A stretch of 62,510 nucleotides of DNA, filler included, from Chiloscyllium plagiosum (Eukaryota): assembly GCF_004010195.1 (NCBI RefSeq). It is 4 parts of 2 records of this genome, joined end to end, with 100 filler letters (N's around TTAATTAATTAA, not from the genome) between each part and the next. Parts side by side here need not be neighbours in the genome. Positions count along the whole stretch, not along the records: positions 1 to 24,680 come from NC_057713.1; positions 24,781 to 43,384 come from NC_057713.1; 2 more parts are not named here. One strand, 5' to 3'. Below are positions 13,115 to 26,483 of this stretch, piece by piece. Numbering within the stretch: the stretch's first letter is position 1; every line of letters starts with the position of its first letter. The translations under genes and the position numbers were made by a program. The notes under the pieces were generated by a model. It did not search any database. It saw only the letters and a program-made list of their open reading frames with translations, and had not been told where the DNA came from.

Positions 13115-14185
13115 CTTCCACCCAATATAATGTCAGAAGTGGGATATTTGCTGATGATTGCACAATGCACAGCACCACTCACAGCTCCTCAGACATTGAA
13201 AGTGCTCTATATGTATATGTAGTTAGACCTGGACAACCTTCTGGCTTGGATTGATAAATGACAATTAACAAGAGTCAGGCAATGAACATCCCTTTGACAT
13301 TCAATGGCATTACCATTGCTGAGTCTCTTGCCAGCAATATCCCACAAACTGGACTGTATTAATGAAATGAATTCTGTGGTTAGGAGAGCAGGCCATAGGT
13401 TGGGGATTCGGCAGTGAGTAACTCACTCGTTGACCCTCCAAAGCCTGATCATCATCGTCAAAGCACAAGTCAGGAGGGTGATGATTGCTCTCCAATTGCC
13501 TGGTTAATATGTATAGATGGAGTTTGCACATTGTCCCTGTGTCTGTGTGGGTTTCCTCCAGGTGCTCCAGTTTCCTCCCACAGTCCAAAGATGTGCAGGT
13601 TAGATAGATTGGCCATGCTAAATTGCCCTGTAGTGTCCAGGGATGTGCAGGCTAGGTGGGTTGGCCATGGGAAGTATAGGGTTACAGGGATAGGGTAGAG
13701 ATGTGGGTCTGGGTAGGATGCTGTTTGGATGGGTTGTATGGACTCAATGGGCTGAACGGCCTGCTTTCACACTGTAGGGATTCTATGATTCTGTAATATA
13801 GCTCCAACATCACTGGAACAGATTGATCAGCATCCCTTCCACCATCTTAAACCAGCAGCCCCTCCATCACCGGTGTATAGTGGCAAGTGTGCAGACTATT
13901 TAAGAAAATTCATGGCAGTAACTCATCAAGTCTCCTTCGACAGCACCAGGTCCATGGGAACCTCCACCAGCTCCAAGTTCCTTTGTAATCCACTCTCGAT
14001 CCTGATTTGGAAATGCATCATCATTCCTTCATTGTCACTGGGTCAAAATGTTGGAACATCCTTAGTGGTTATACTGAGGGTATACCAACACCAACTATAC
14101 TGCCATAGGTTAGGAGGGTAGCTCACCTGACACCATCACCTGGCAAGAACAATGAGACATGGGCAATCAATAGTGTCTTTGTCAG
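13115..14185 (+). mobile_element. Decayed CR1/L2-group LINE 3' part with a V-SINE inserted at about 13515-13790
   Basis: tttgctgatgattgcaca (FADDC) RT motif at about 13148. The 3' end gctcacc...caagggcaactaggga..caataaatg also occurs at about 4320-4460 (-), 7940-8090, 8670-8760, 14975-15230, 34900-35200 and 47510-47670. Confidence 0.65.
13515..13790 (+). mobile_element. HE1/V-SINE (5'-truncated)
   Basis: V-domain ggagtttgcacatt.tccc.gtgtctg.gtgggtttcctcc.ggtgctcc.gtttcctcccacagtccaaagatgtgcagg plus a CR1-like tail. Confidence 0.85.
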
Positions 14186-14404
14186 GAATGAAATATCTGA
14201 TGAAATGAAAAATAAACACACTGATGGATGTGAAATTTGTTGTGATGGAATTTGCACTCCATTTGTATCAAATAGTACACTGCTTGATTTCAAGGTAGTC
14301 CTCAGAGTTTGTAACAAGTGATTTTACTCACCAGTGTCCTATGCTGAGAAAATTCCTACTTATGGTATAGATTTATACAAAACTTTTAACAAATCTAAAC
14401 AAGT

Positions 14405-14625
14405 AAAAGCATGGAACTCTATCAACAAACACATTGATTTAGATCCCATTAATCATCCCTTGAGAAAAATAACAGGAAATGACATCACCACAGGAAATAA
14501 CATCACTAACCCAAGGAAACCTAAACACATAAATAAAAAGCGGGCCATACCACTGGGGGCTCACTGATGGTGACGAAATGTCTGAAAACAAACCTTCCAG
14601 CTCAGTGAGCAAACTTACATCCAGT
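14405..14625 (+). mobile_element. Penelope ORF C-terminus and terminal region
   Basis: AW..NSINKHIDLDPINHPLRKITGNDIT, then a deleted hammerhead-like cactgatg..gtgacgaaatgtctg and the terminus shared with the 7556-7728 element. Confidence 0.7.
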
Positions 14626-15754
14626 AAAATCATGTTCGGAATGAAATATAATTATCTACTTTACTGTAAAATATGATATTTCCCGAGGAAGTGAACTGCC
14701 ATTGGATGCCAAATGCATGTAAGGAGAGTTTTCTTTGGTGCACGGGTACAGACAACAACAAAAACAAGCATTTATATATCACACATTAAAATATCCCAAG
14801 GCATTGATAGGAGAATACCAATCAAACAACCTTTGACACTGAGTTATGTGAAGAGATATTAGGGCTTATGACCAATAACTGGTCAAAATGCTTTTAAGGA
14901 GCATTTGAGAAGGGAGAAGAGGGACTTGGGGTGATATTCCAGGGCTATGAGACAAGACAGCTGAAATCACGATCAAAGGACAAGGGCAGTAGATACATGG
15001 GAACACCACCTCTCCTAGCCACTCACCATCCTGACTTGGAAATATATCGCCGTTCCTTCACTGTGGCTGGGTCAAAATCCTGGAATTCCCTCCTTTAGGA
15101 CATTGTGGGTCTACCCACAGCACATGGACTGCAGCGGTTCAAGAAGGCAGCTCACCCCCACCTTCTCATGGGGCAACTAGGGACGGGCAAGAAATGTTGG
15201 GCCCAGCCAGCATCCCATGAGTGAATTAAAAAGAAAACGCACAAGAGGTCACGGTTGGACTAGTCTGGAGATCCTGGGGAGTTGATTTGATTTAAGCTTT
15301 ATTGTCACATGTACTCAAGTACAGGAGTATAGTGAAATGTGTCTAATGCCACCACACATAGCGCCTTCCTAGGAACGAAGGTTCAAGTAGTAACATTGAT
15401 AAACAAAGTTAAAGGAAAGCATTACCATTGTTATTAGTAGAAGTAGAGAAATAAAGAAATAATGTTAAAAGTTAGCATTATATTTGAAAGGCTGGTGAAC
15501 ATCACACAGAGACGCAGGGACGAATAATTGAAAAATGTTCCGAAATTGAGAGGTTGCAAGACTGGGAGCTAACCCTGGCCAGTGGGCACAGGGATGTTGG
15601 TTGAAAGATATTTGCTGCAGTTTAGGATAAGAATAGCAGAGGCTCAAATAGAGTCCAATTCATGGTGGGTGGAAGAAAGAATTCTGGTGAGGAGAGCACT
15701 GGAATAACCAAGTGTAGGGATAGAAAAGGCATGAATGAGACTTGCAATAGCTCA

Positions 15755-16576
<822 letters not shown>

Positions 16577-16580
16577 CTAG

Positions 16581-16780
16581 AATATAGTAAAACCAAAATA
16601 TAGATTTTAGTTAATATGGAAAATTCAGGAATAGAGTGAAACCAAGATATACATTTTAATTAACACAGAGACTAGAGGAACATGGTAAAATGTAAATATA
16701 TATTTTAGTTAATGCAGCAAATTAGAAAACAGGGTAAAACAAAAATATATATTTCAGTTAATACAGAGGATTGGAAAGTA
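16581..16780. repeat. Decayed AT-rich minisatellite, about 49 bp x 4
   Basis: Recurrent gtaaaac.aaaatata.atttt.agttaat motif at about 49-bp spacing. Confidence 0.55.
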
Positions 16781-17296
16781 CATTGAATGGAAAATAAAAC
16801 CTATTTGAATTTCCATCTCCTTTTAATACAAGCAGCTGGATCAAACAGTACCATACCATGGAATCAGCATTAAACTTGTTTTCTTAAACTTCCTCACTTC
16901 ATCAGTTATGGTTTTCCAGTTCAAATTTTACAGCAAGAGGAATCACCGGTGAAACTTATTCTCCTTCTTGATCAGAGCATATAGACTTCACATTAGGAAG
17001 GTTTTGATCTTAGAGTCACAGAAATACAGATCCAGAGGCTATGTTCTACGATGAATATAGATTTCCAGCTTCAAGGCTGTTCATGTATATTTATATAACA
17101 GAGAGAGTTGGGGTCATAGTTACATACAAAGAAAGAATGTAGTTTCAATACCAACTTATACAGAGATCGAGTTGCAGTTCCAAGAGATAGCACAAAAATT
17201 ATAACTAGAAGCCAGAACTGACCTCTGGCATGGAAGAAAACTATATGAATTGACTGCACTGGAACTGTACTGTGTGAGTGTTATTGTTACAGGGCT

Positions 17297-17367
17297 GTCT
17301 AACTATCAAGGGAGTCTAACTATCGAGGGAGTCTAACTATCGAGGAAGTCTAACTATCGAGGGAGTC
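17297..17367. repeat. 17-bp tandem repeat x 4 (GTCTAACTATCGAGGGA)
   Basis: Four near-identical adjacent units read directly. Confidence 0.9.
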
Positions 17368-17754
17368 CATGGCTCTAATCCAACGCCATGCAGAGAGTAG
17401 TACACGGGAAGATTTCCAAACAGACAATCCAGCAGAATGTTGTGGTGGGGGCATCAACAAGATGAAAGACATTCGTTGGTTTGTTCAAAACATGTTAGTC
17501 TTCCCGTGGAAAGAATAGTCCATGATCAAAGGTTTGCAGGTCCCATGTTCCTAAGCCTAGGACTATGTGCTGTACCATTTTCTAAGGCTTTGCAAAGGCT
17601 CAAAACATAAAAGGATACTGTCCCAGTTATAGCTGCCATAGTATATCAACTGGGGTGACAACTGTGTAAAGCCATTTGGGGTGGTAACTTTGCAATGGAA
17701 TGTATTTTGTACATACCCATAGAGTCATTTCCTTTATTTCTAAAAGGCCTTTGA

Positions 17755-19330
17755 CAATTTCCAAAAAGGTCTTTGGCAAAGTGCCGCACATGAGGCTGCT
17801 GCATAAGATAAGGATGTATGGGTGTTAGGGGTAGAGTATTAGCGTGGATGGAGGATTGGTTGACTGACAGGAAGCAAAGAGTGGGGGATAAATGAGTGCT
17901 ATTCTGGCTGGCAATTAGTGACTAGTGGTGTGCCTTAGGGATCAGTGTTGGGACCACAATTATTTACAATTTATATAGATAATTTGGAGTTGGGTCCACG
18001 TGTATGGTGTCAAAATTCACTGACAACACTAAGATGAATGGCAGAGCAAAGTGTGCAGAGGACTGTGAAACTTTGCAGTGGAACATAGATACATTGAGTG
18101 AGTGGGCAAAGGTCTGGCAGATGGAATACAATGTTAGTAAATGTGAAGTCATCCATTTTAGTAGAAGTAACAGTAAAATAGATTATTACTTGAATGATAA
18201 AAAGTTGCAGCATGCTGCTATGCAGAGGAACCTGGGTGTCTTTGCGCATGAATCACAGAAAGTTGGTCTGCAGGTACAACAGGTAATTAGGAAGTCAAAT
18301 GGAATTTTGTCCTTCATTAATAAAGGGCTTGAGTTTAAAAGCAGGGAGGTTATATTGCAGCTGTACAGGGAGCTGGTGAGGCCACACCTGGAGTACTGTG
18401 TACAGATTTGGTGTCCTTACTTGAGAAAGGATGTTCTGGCACAGGAGGGGGTGCAGAGAAGGTTCACTAGGTTGATTCCAGAGTCGAGGGGATTGGCTTA
18501 TGAGGAGAGACCGAGTAGACTGGGATTATATTCATTGGAATTTAGAAGAATGAGGGGGGGTCTTACAGAAACATGTAAAAGTATGAAGGGAATTGATAAA
18601 ATAGAATTAGAGAGGATGTTTCCACTGACAGGTGAGACTAGGACAAGAGGACTAGGCCTCATGATTAGAGGAAGCAGGTTTAGACCTGAACTGAGAAGGA
18701 ATTTCTTGCCCCCGAGGGTTGTTAATCGATGGAATTCCTTGGCCAAGGAAGTAGTTGATGCTACTTCAGTAATTGCTTTTAAAGCTAAGGCAGATACTTT
18801 TTTGATATGGTGAAAACGCAGGTAAGGGAGACTTAATAGAGACGTACAAAATAATACATGGCTTGGAAAAGGTGGATGCTAGGAAATTGTTTCCGTTAGA
18901 CGAGGAGACTAGGACCCGTGGACACAGCCTTAGAATTAGTGGGGGTCATTTCAGAACAGAAATGCGGAGACATTTCTTCAGCCAGAGAGTGGTGGGCCTG
19001 TGGAATTCATTGCCACGGAGTGCAGTGGAAGCCGGGACGCTAAATGTCTTCAAGGCCGAGATTGATAGATTCTTGTTGTCTAGAGGAATTAAGGGCTACG
19101 GGGAGAACGCTGGTAAGTGGAGCTGAAATGCGCATCAGCCATGATTGAATGGCGGAGTGGACTCGATGGGCCGAATGGCCTTACTTCCACTCCTATGTCT
19201 TATGGTCTTATGGTCTTATAAGTGGAGCTGAGTCCATGATTAAAGATCAGCCATGATCTTATTAATTGGCAGAGCAGGCTCGAAGGGTCAGATGGCCTAC
19301 TCCTGCTCCTAGTTCTGATGTTCGTATGTT
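17755..19330 (+). mobile_element. CR1 LINE 3' part (RT) with a nested younger CR1 at 18827-19218
   Basis: ORF 18004-18813 SKFTDNTK..LVRPHLEYCVQIW..RMRGGLTE. Second RT C-terminus in ORF 18863-19126 with its own (TATGGTCT)n tail. Host resumes at taagtggagctgag. Confidence 0.9.
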
Positions 19331-20359
19331 CTTATACAGAATGGAAACAGACCCTTCAGTCCAACCAGTCCATTCCAAACATAATCCCAAACTAAACTAG
19401 TCCCACCTGCCTGCTCCTGGCCCATATCCCTCCAAATGTTACTTTTTAGGTATTTATCGAAATGTTTTTTTTAAATCATGTGATTTCCCAGAGTGGCAGA
19501 TGGTGAATGAACAGAATGTGAATTGGGTTGCACATTCTGTGATGTTGGTTTGGGGAGGGTGAATAATTGGAGATGTTACCGGGTGCTGCAGGTTCCGTAC
19601 TCAAATAGTTTATTGATTATTAGAGGACTTGATGGTTACAAAGATAGGGCAAGAAAGGGCAAGAAAATGGAGGTGAGGAATGTCCACTATGATCAGCCAT
19701 GATCCTATTGAATGTTGGAGATGGCTTGAAGGGCCGAATGGCCATCTTCTGTTCATATTTCTTATGGTCTAATGGTTTAAGAGCCACTTAAAGCCAATCA
19801 ATCAAAGGCATTAGGATTTGGCAGCCAGCATCCAGGACCCCACAGGACTCCCTGAAGTGGACATCCAGTGCCGGCACAGGGAGCAAGTGCTTCTGACAGG
19901 ACTGAAGACCCCCCCTTTCTCTTGGGTGTTTCACCAACCAGAGACCACCCTCTGGATAGGTTCCTTCTCCACTCTCCCACAGTAGTAATCTGAATACAAA
20001 AGCCATTTTCTTCAAAAATAAAAAATATTGGAGAGAAGGCACATACATCTTGACATGTCATCTTCCTAATTTCCCTTCTACTGCACATTGCTGCTGCTGC
20101 TGCTGTCAAACCAGTGACCTGGAATGGACCTTGCAATTTGCACTGTCTCTAATTGGACAGAAATCTCATTCTGTACCATTAATTGGCCACTCTGGGGAAA
20201 TCACCAAGGAATGATATTTCCCACACTGAGTGGGTGTCTGACAACATTTCAGCTTGATGATTGTTTACAAGCCCATGAGAAAGATCCTGCTCTAGTTGGC
20301 AAGATAGAATAGTGTAGCTCGTTGGATCTTTGGAGTTCTCTGCAATGGAGGTTGATGAA

Positions 20360-20560
20360 CCATAGAATCCCTATAGTGTAGAAAGAGGCCATTCTGCCCA
20401 TTGAATCTGCACCAACCCTTCAAAGAGCATCCCACATACACCCAGCCCATTACTCTATCCCTGTAACCCCACATTTATCACAACTAATCCACCTAGCTTG
20501 TACATCCCTTGATATTATGGACAATTTCACCATGAACAATTCACCTAACCTCTACCCTTT
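20360..20560 (-). mobile_element. HE1/V-SINE 3' part
   Basis: catagaatccctatagtgt..aggccattc.gccc...ccctgtaaccc...caattcacctaacct, the reverse complement of the SINE 3' half. Confidence 0.7.
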
Positions 20561-20604
20561 TGGAGAGACAGAAATCCAAACAAGGAACTTTATTCCCTTC
20601 ACTG

Positions 20605-21229
20605 TGTCACAAAGCTGTTCCCTTTATTCTAAAAGCTGTTTCTTTTCTCAAGGATACTGTGTCCTTGATTTTTCTCAGAGGGGTTGTAAACGGAATGGGC
20701 TCTGATGAAAAGGATTTGAGAGGCTTTTTGTTTATATATAAACACATGAGACTTCAGGCCAAAGTGGTCATGTTTTAGAAGTGACCGGTATAATGAAAGG
20801 GGAGCGGTCAGCTCTCTAGTTGAGTAGTTCAGTCCAGAACTAGTTCAGAGTTCAATAGTGAGCTGTGTGGAAACAAACTCTCTCTCTCTCTCTCTCCTTC
20901 TGCCCTTCTAACTTCAACCTGTAAGCATTTGTTCTACCTTTTACTGTTAATTGAGGAGGTTTGCATATTGGAAATGTTGCGTAGATTCGGAACAGCATAA
21001 TTGAGTCTAGTTTGGATAGACTGAGTTCTGTAGGGGTTCTTTATTCTGTTCTTTGTGTCTCATTGTGTAATTTTGTGAATAAATTTTGGTCTGTTTTAAA
21101 ACCTGATAGTCAACCTCGCTAACTTACTCCGGGTAATTTTCACTGTACACTTACCGAAACAAATTGCAGAGTTACGGTCTGGGCTGCCTGCTTAAGAATG
21201 TTTTGAGTGGTCTGGCCGAGTCCATAATA
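20605..21229 (+). mobile_element. Solo LTR (Gypsy/ERV-like)
   Basis: Starts TGTCAC and ends tccataata (reverse complement of the TGTTATGGA end of the 27744 and 28831 elements). Internal TATATAAA and AATAAA; flanks ACTG/AGTG. Confidence 0.55.
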
Positions 21230-21809
21230 AGTGACAGATTGTAATTAGACTTTCCATTATGAATATAGATACAGGAATTTATAATGGAATATACACAAGT
21301 GCAAGACATTTAGATATAAATTGTAACTTTAAAGAACATTGCTATGTTTACCCTAACTGTAATTCAAATGCAATTCGTGGGATGGGAATTGTTTTAAAAT
21401 GTCCTAAGAGATGTGATAAGGTGGTACACAAAAGCAAGATCATCTTTCTTTATTCAATTAAGTAAATTGTAAGCAGCCTATTTGTTTTTGTCTGTGTGTA
21501 TAGATCTAGAATACACAGGATTAAAATAACAAGTCTCAGGCAAGATGAGAGATAATAAGCTGTTTTTCTACGCTAAGAACTAGATACATGAAAATCTCTA
21601 AAAGTTGAATAAATATTAATTTCTGTACAGAATATTTCTTGGGTATGCATAATATGTGACCAAATAATAAATGGAACATAACAGGATACATATTATTTGA
21701 GGAGAAGAAGCCATCGGTTTGAATGTTGTTTTTGCATTTATAAGAACAATGCTCATCAATATTGGGTAAAACCTGACTTTGGTTTCAGTGTTAGCCCTCC
21801 ATCTTTGGT

Positions 21810-22145
21810 GTGGAGGAGCCGGTGTTGGACTGGGGTGGACAAGGTCTGAAGTTACACAACACCAGGTTACAGTTCAACAGGTTTCTTTGAAATCACTAGG
21901 TTTTGGAGTGTTGACATGACAAAGGGGCAATGCTCTGAAAGCTTGTGATTTCAGATTAATCTGTTGGATAAACCAGAAATCACTGGTAAAGCTCAGCAGC
22001 TCTGGCAGCATCCGTGTGGAAGGGCAGCACCCTTCCTCAGAATCGGAAGGGTTCCGAGGAAGGGTCACTCAACCTGAAACGTTAACTCTGATTTCTCTCC
22101 ACAGATGCTGTCAGACCTGCTGAGCTTTTCCAGCAAATTCTGTTA
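21810..22145. mobile_element. Two adjacent Penelope-derived fold-back elements
   Basis: caacaccaggttacagttcaacagg family, followed by the gctcagcag.tctggcagcatc / gatgctgtcagacctgctgagc family with a mutated hammerhead core (gtt-ccgagga...gaaac-gtt-aac). Confidence 0.65.
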
Positions 22146-22726
22146 GGTTTGACATGCTGTCTGTCATTCTTTATCAGTTATCTGCTGATCTGTAAAGGGA
22201 CGTTCTTTATTTATTGAACTGAAGTCTTGCCTATTAATAGGTTTCCACTCCATGATGAGATGTTTGCCACTCACCTTTCTTGTGTAACTTTATGCTCTTT
22301 CCACCCACACCATTAGAATCAGCATTGCCTTGCCTGTTTGTTTTTAAATTTTCTGCTCAATTCTCTTCTTTTTTCTCTACTATGATCATCATTCCTAAAT
22401 GTCATTGCCCTTTCAAAGGTTTGCAGGTTTGTGTCTGTTATTGATGTTTGTAGCAAAAAAGAAGAAATAGCGTTGACAATGTGTTTTTTAATGCTGTCTT
22501 AGGAAAGACAGTGGTCGAATTGATCAGCACCTGGGAATAGTCAGGCTTCTCCAATATAGAAAATATGTTTTGTGGTTGTTTCCTGGGCTTTGTTCCAGGA
22601 TCAGGGCTGTTCTTCACTATCTTCCATCTACCTTTCATTTTGATCAGTGCTGTCCTGGGCCTGTTACAAACTGCCATTTTTTGACAGAAAGTGAGACACA
22701 GAGAGAGAGAGAGAGAGGGAGTCACA

Positions 22727-23280
22727 TTAGAGTGATTGAGATGTACAGCAGGGAAACAGACCTTTCAGTCCAACTCGTCCATGTCGACCAGATATCCTAA
22801 ACAAATCCTGTTGGATTTGCTACCATTTGGCCTGTTTCCCTCCAAACCCTTCCTGTTCATATACCAATCCAAATGCCTTTTAAATGCTGTAATTGTACCA
22901 GCCTCTACCAGGTCCTCTGGCAGCTCATTCCATACACGTACCACCCTCTGCATGAAAAAGTTGCCCCTTAGGTTCCGTTTAAATCTTTCCCCTCTCAACT
23001 TAAAACTATGCCCTCTGGTTTTGGACTCCCCTACCCCAGGGAAAAGACATTGGCTATTCACTCTATCCATGCCCCTCATGATTTTATAAATCTCTATAAC
23101 CTCAGCCTCTGACACTTTAGAGAAAATAGTCCCGGCCTATTCAGCCTCTCTCTGTAGCTCCAACCTGGCAGCATCCTCGTAAATCTTTTTTGAACCCTTT
23201 GAAGTTTTGCAACATCCTTCCTACAGCAGGGAGACCAGAACCGATTGCAGTATTCCAAAAGTGGCTGAACCAATGTGCTT
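22727..23280 (-). mobile_element. CR1 LINE 3' fragment
   Basis: ORF 22765-23115 IEIYKIMRGMDRV..TRGHSFKL..FFMQRVVRVWNELP. Confidence 0.9.
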
Positions 23281-24449
23281 CAGTCCAGGTTTGTATCCTT
23301 TAGTTTTGGTTGTAATTGTAACTTCAGCTCTGAACTCAGACAGGTTGATGTGTGACTAATAGAAAAATACTTATCACAACTGCTGTCACCTTTGCAGCTT
23401 TTAACATGACTTTACTGCCACCAGTAAATGTCACAGTTGCCATTATTAACTGTTTATGCCCAATTATTGCCACCATGATGTGGTTTGTGATTTTTCAAAT
23501 GTTAGTCCATATTAACATATACCACAAAGAGTCAGCTTTTTGAGAAACTGAAAATGATGTCGAGAAGTTTCTGTACTATTTTCATGGTTGCAATATCATA
23601 AGGTGATACAAGTTTGGGTTTTGTACTTACCTATGTTGCTGTACATTGCAATACACGCATAGCTAACTCCAGGTGCCGCACTGACTCCATTCTACAGAGA
23701 TCATGACTGAACGTAGGAAGGGTACGTTTATACTGGTACATCACATTTTAAGACATCATGTCACTGTCGTAAAGATACAGGTTTTCCTGGTCTGGAATCT
23801 GGGCCGTACCACAACATAATTTCTTCAGAAGTTGACTCTTAAAACAATAACAGCTCCATATTTGCTCCACACGCAAGTTAGATTGACTCATTAATAGAAT
23901 CAAATATTCTCTTGCTTCATTAAGCTTTGTGGTAATCCATCATTTCATGTCATGTTTCTGATTGTCTGTGTAGATGTTCATCAGCTTTCTCAGTAGCTAC
24001 CATATCAGGCAACATAGTATTTTTGCACCAGCCCAGCTGGATATGAGCAATATACTCTTCATACTGACCATGCCCACAATGAGTGAAACCCTGATTTTGG
24101 AAACAAGAAGGTAACTCGTTAGAACAGCTGGTAATATCACAAAATCCTGCCCACTTCCTAATCTTCTATAGGAAGATCTTAGAACAACAGTCCGCACGCA
24201 CTCACTTCCACAAACTGAGGCCCTCAAGTAGTTAACTAATTATCACTTAGGGGTTTAATTAAAATCCACATGGGCTGCAATTACTTTGAGTCCATGTTAA
24301 GCAAGAAAGAGGTGACTTAGCCACCTGGTGAGCCAGCATTGGAAGGCTCACAGTTTGAGAAAGGCGGTATGTTGTATATGATTTAGGGACTGAATATAGC
24401 ACAGCTGGGTGGCTATTGAGAGGCACTCTACACCCAGCCTGTCTCTCCT

Positions 24450-24680
24450 GGTAACATCTCCAATCCCAGGAACACCCCTAATCCCATTTAAAAAACCCAA
24501 TCCCATTCACACCCCCAATCCCAGTTAAAAAAAAACGCAATCCCACTCTCACCCCTAAACCCAGTAACATCTCCAATCCCACGAACACCCCCAATCCCAG
24601 TAAAAAAAACCCAATCCCACTCACACCCCCAATCCCAGTAAAAAAACTCAATACCACTCACACCCCCAAACCCAGTAACA
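24450..24680. repeat. C/A-rich minisatellite running into an assembly gap
   Basis: Repeated cccaatcccactcacacccccaatcccagtaaaaaaa-type units. Confidence 0.8.
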
Positions 24681-24780
24681 NNNNNNNNNNNNNNNNNNNN
24701 NNNNNNNNNNNNNNNNNNNNNNNNTTAATTAATTAANNNNNNNNNNNNNNNNNNNNNNNNNNNNNNNNNNNNNNNNNNNN
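24681..24780. other. Assembly gap, 100-bp artificial pad (44N + TTAATTAATTAA + 44N)
   Basis: Identical construct at 43385-43484 and 55864-55963. Plain N gaps at about 33378-33712 and 40119-40703. Confidence 0.95.
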
Positions 24781-25045
24781 GGACTCCCTCCCTCCTGCAC
24801 CATCCCTGTAGCCACGCATTTAAGTGTTTTCTTTCCCTATTCCTCGAATCTCTATCACGTGGCACGGGTAACAAACCAGAGCCAACAACTCTGTTCGTTC
24901 TAACTCTGAGCTTCCAACCTAGCTCCCTGAAAGCCTGTCTAACATCCTCGGCACTCCTCCTACCTATGTCGTTGGTGCCAATGTGGACCACGACTTCGGG
25001 CTGCTCCCCCTCCCCCTCCAGGACCCGGAAAACACGATCGGAAAA
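24781..25045 (-). mobile_element. CR1 ORF1 (SGNH esterase domain) fragment, inverted relative to the adjacent RT fragment
   Basis: DRVFRVLEGEGEQPEVVVHIGTNDIG...LNAWLQGWCRREG. Confidence 0.85.
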
Positions 25046-25049
25046 CACG

Positions 25050-25878
25050 GATAGTCAACATACTTTTGTGAAGGGTAGGTCGTGCCTCACAAACCTTTAT
25101 TGAGTTCTTCAAGAAGGCGACCAAACCGGTTGATGAGGGTAAAACAGTTGATGTGGTGTATATGAATTTCAGCAAGGCATTTGATAAGGTTCCCCATGGA
25201 TGCCTACTGCACAAAATACAGAGGCATGGGATTGAGGGTGATTTAGCAGTTTGGATCAGAAATTGGCTAGCTGAAAGAAGACAGAGGGTGGTGATTGAGG
25301 GGAAATATTCATCCTGGAGTTCAGTTACTCGTGGTGTACCACAAGGATCAGTTTTGGGGCCACTGCTTTTTGTCATTTTTATAAATGATCTGGATGAGGG
25401 CGTAGAAGGATGGGTTAGTAAATTTGCAGATGTCCCTAAGGTCAGTAGAGTTGTTGATAGTGCCAAAGGATGTTGTAGGTTATAGAGGGACATAAGTAAG
25501 CTGCATATCTGGGCTAAGCGGTGGCAAATGGCATTTAATGAAGAAAAGTGTGAGGTGATTTGCTTTAGAAGGAGCAACAGGAATGCAGAATACTTAGTGA
25601 ATGGTAAGATACTTGGTAGTGTCAATGAGCAGAGAGATCATGATGTCCATGTACAACTTCAAAGCTGCCATCCAGGTTGATAGGGTTGTTAAGAAGGTAT
25701 ACAGTGTGTTAGCTTTTATCGGCAGAGGGATTGAGTTTCGGAGCCATGATGTCATGATGCAGTTGCACAAAACTCTGGTGTGGCCACATTTGGAGTATTG
25801 TGTACAGTTCTGGTCACTGCATTATAGGAAGAGTGTGGAAGCTTTGGAACAGGTTCAGAGGCAATTTACTAGGATGTC
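25050..25878 (+). mobile_element. CR1 ORF2 RT fragment
   Basis: ORFs 25153-25485 ([26 protein letters not shown]) and 25601-25975 (LVWPHLEYCVQFW). Confidence 0.9.
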
Positions 25879-26387
25879 ACAATTTCCAACTAATCAGCAT
25901 TACGCTTGTGTACTCAAAAGTAACAATGTTAATTACTCAACACAAACAAGGGTTACCATGAACAGTGTATCTTAAGCAATCAGACAGTACCTGATGGACA
26001 ATTACTGTTAGACAATTACTGCGTAGCCTGTCACTGGTGCCACAATGTTACCTCATTTTACATTCTAAAGCACCTTTTGTTCTCTTTGTTCAGGTTAAAA
26101 TAAAGCTGGAAGATTAAGACTTTTTTGCAGTAAAGACTGAGGTAACTGAGAACAAACAGCAGATCCTCAGCTAACAGCAGAGTCAGGACAAGAGATACTG
26201 CTCTAGGCCTCAGGCAGTCGAAGCAGGATGTCCAGTAAAAATAAGCAACAGCAAGCAGCAAACAAATGAACCTGACTTCTCACTAAAGGGACGTGCTGAC
26301 ATTATGAGATGTGAATTTATCATTCACTCCAAAATTATTACAATCGAAAGAACTGTCCAGCTGCTCCTATACATGCTGTTTCTTTTA

Positions 26388-26483
<96 letters not shown>

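Noticed and set aside
23631..23691. NKAIN3 exon 5 (also about 61 nt and containing YAC)
   Set aside because: Wrong position (upstream of the 198-nt exon), and it lacks the LVGFV and EEED motifs; treated as coincidence.
24725..24736. TTAATTAATTAA islands inside N runs (also 43429-43440 and 55908-55919)
   Set aside because: Identical 44N+12+44N constructs with stops in all six frames: an artificial scaffolding pad, not biology.
24960..25625. Antisense ORFs over CR1 RT (also 42503-42952, 33763-34140, 38403-38603)
   Set aside because: Shadow frames of LINE coding sequence recurring in every copy; no independent evidence of function.
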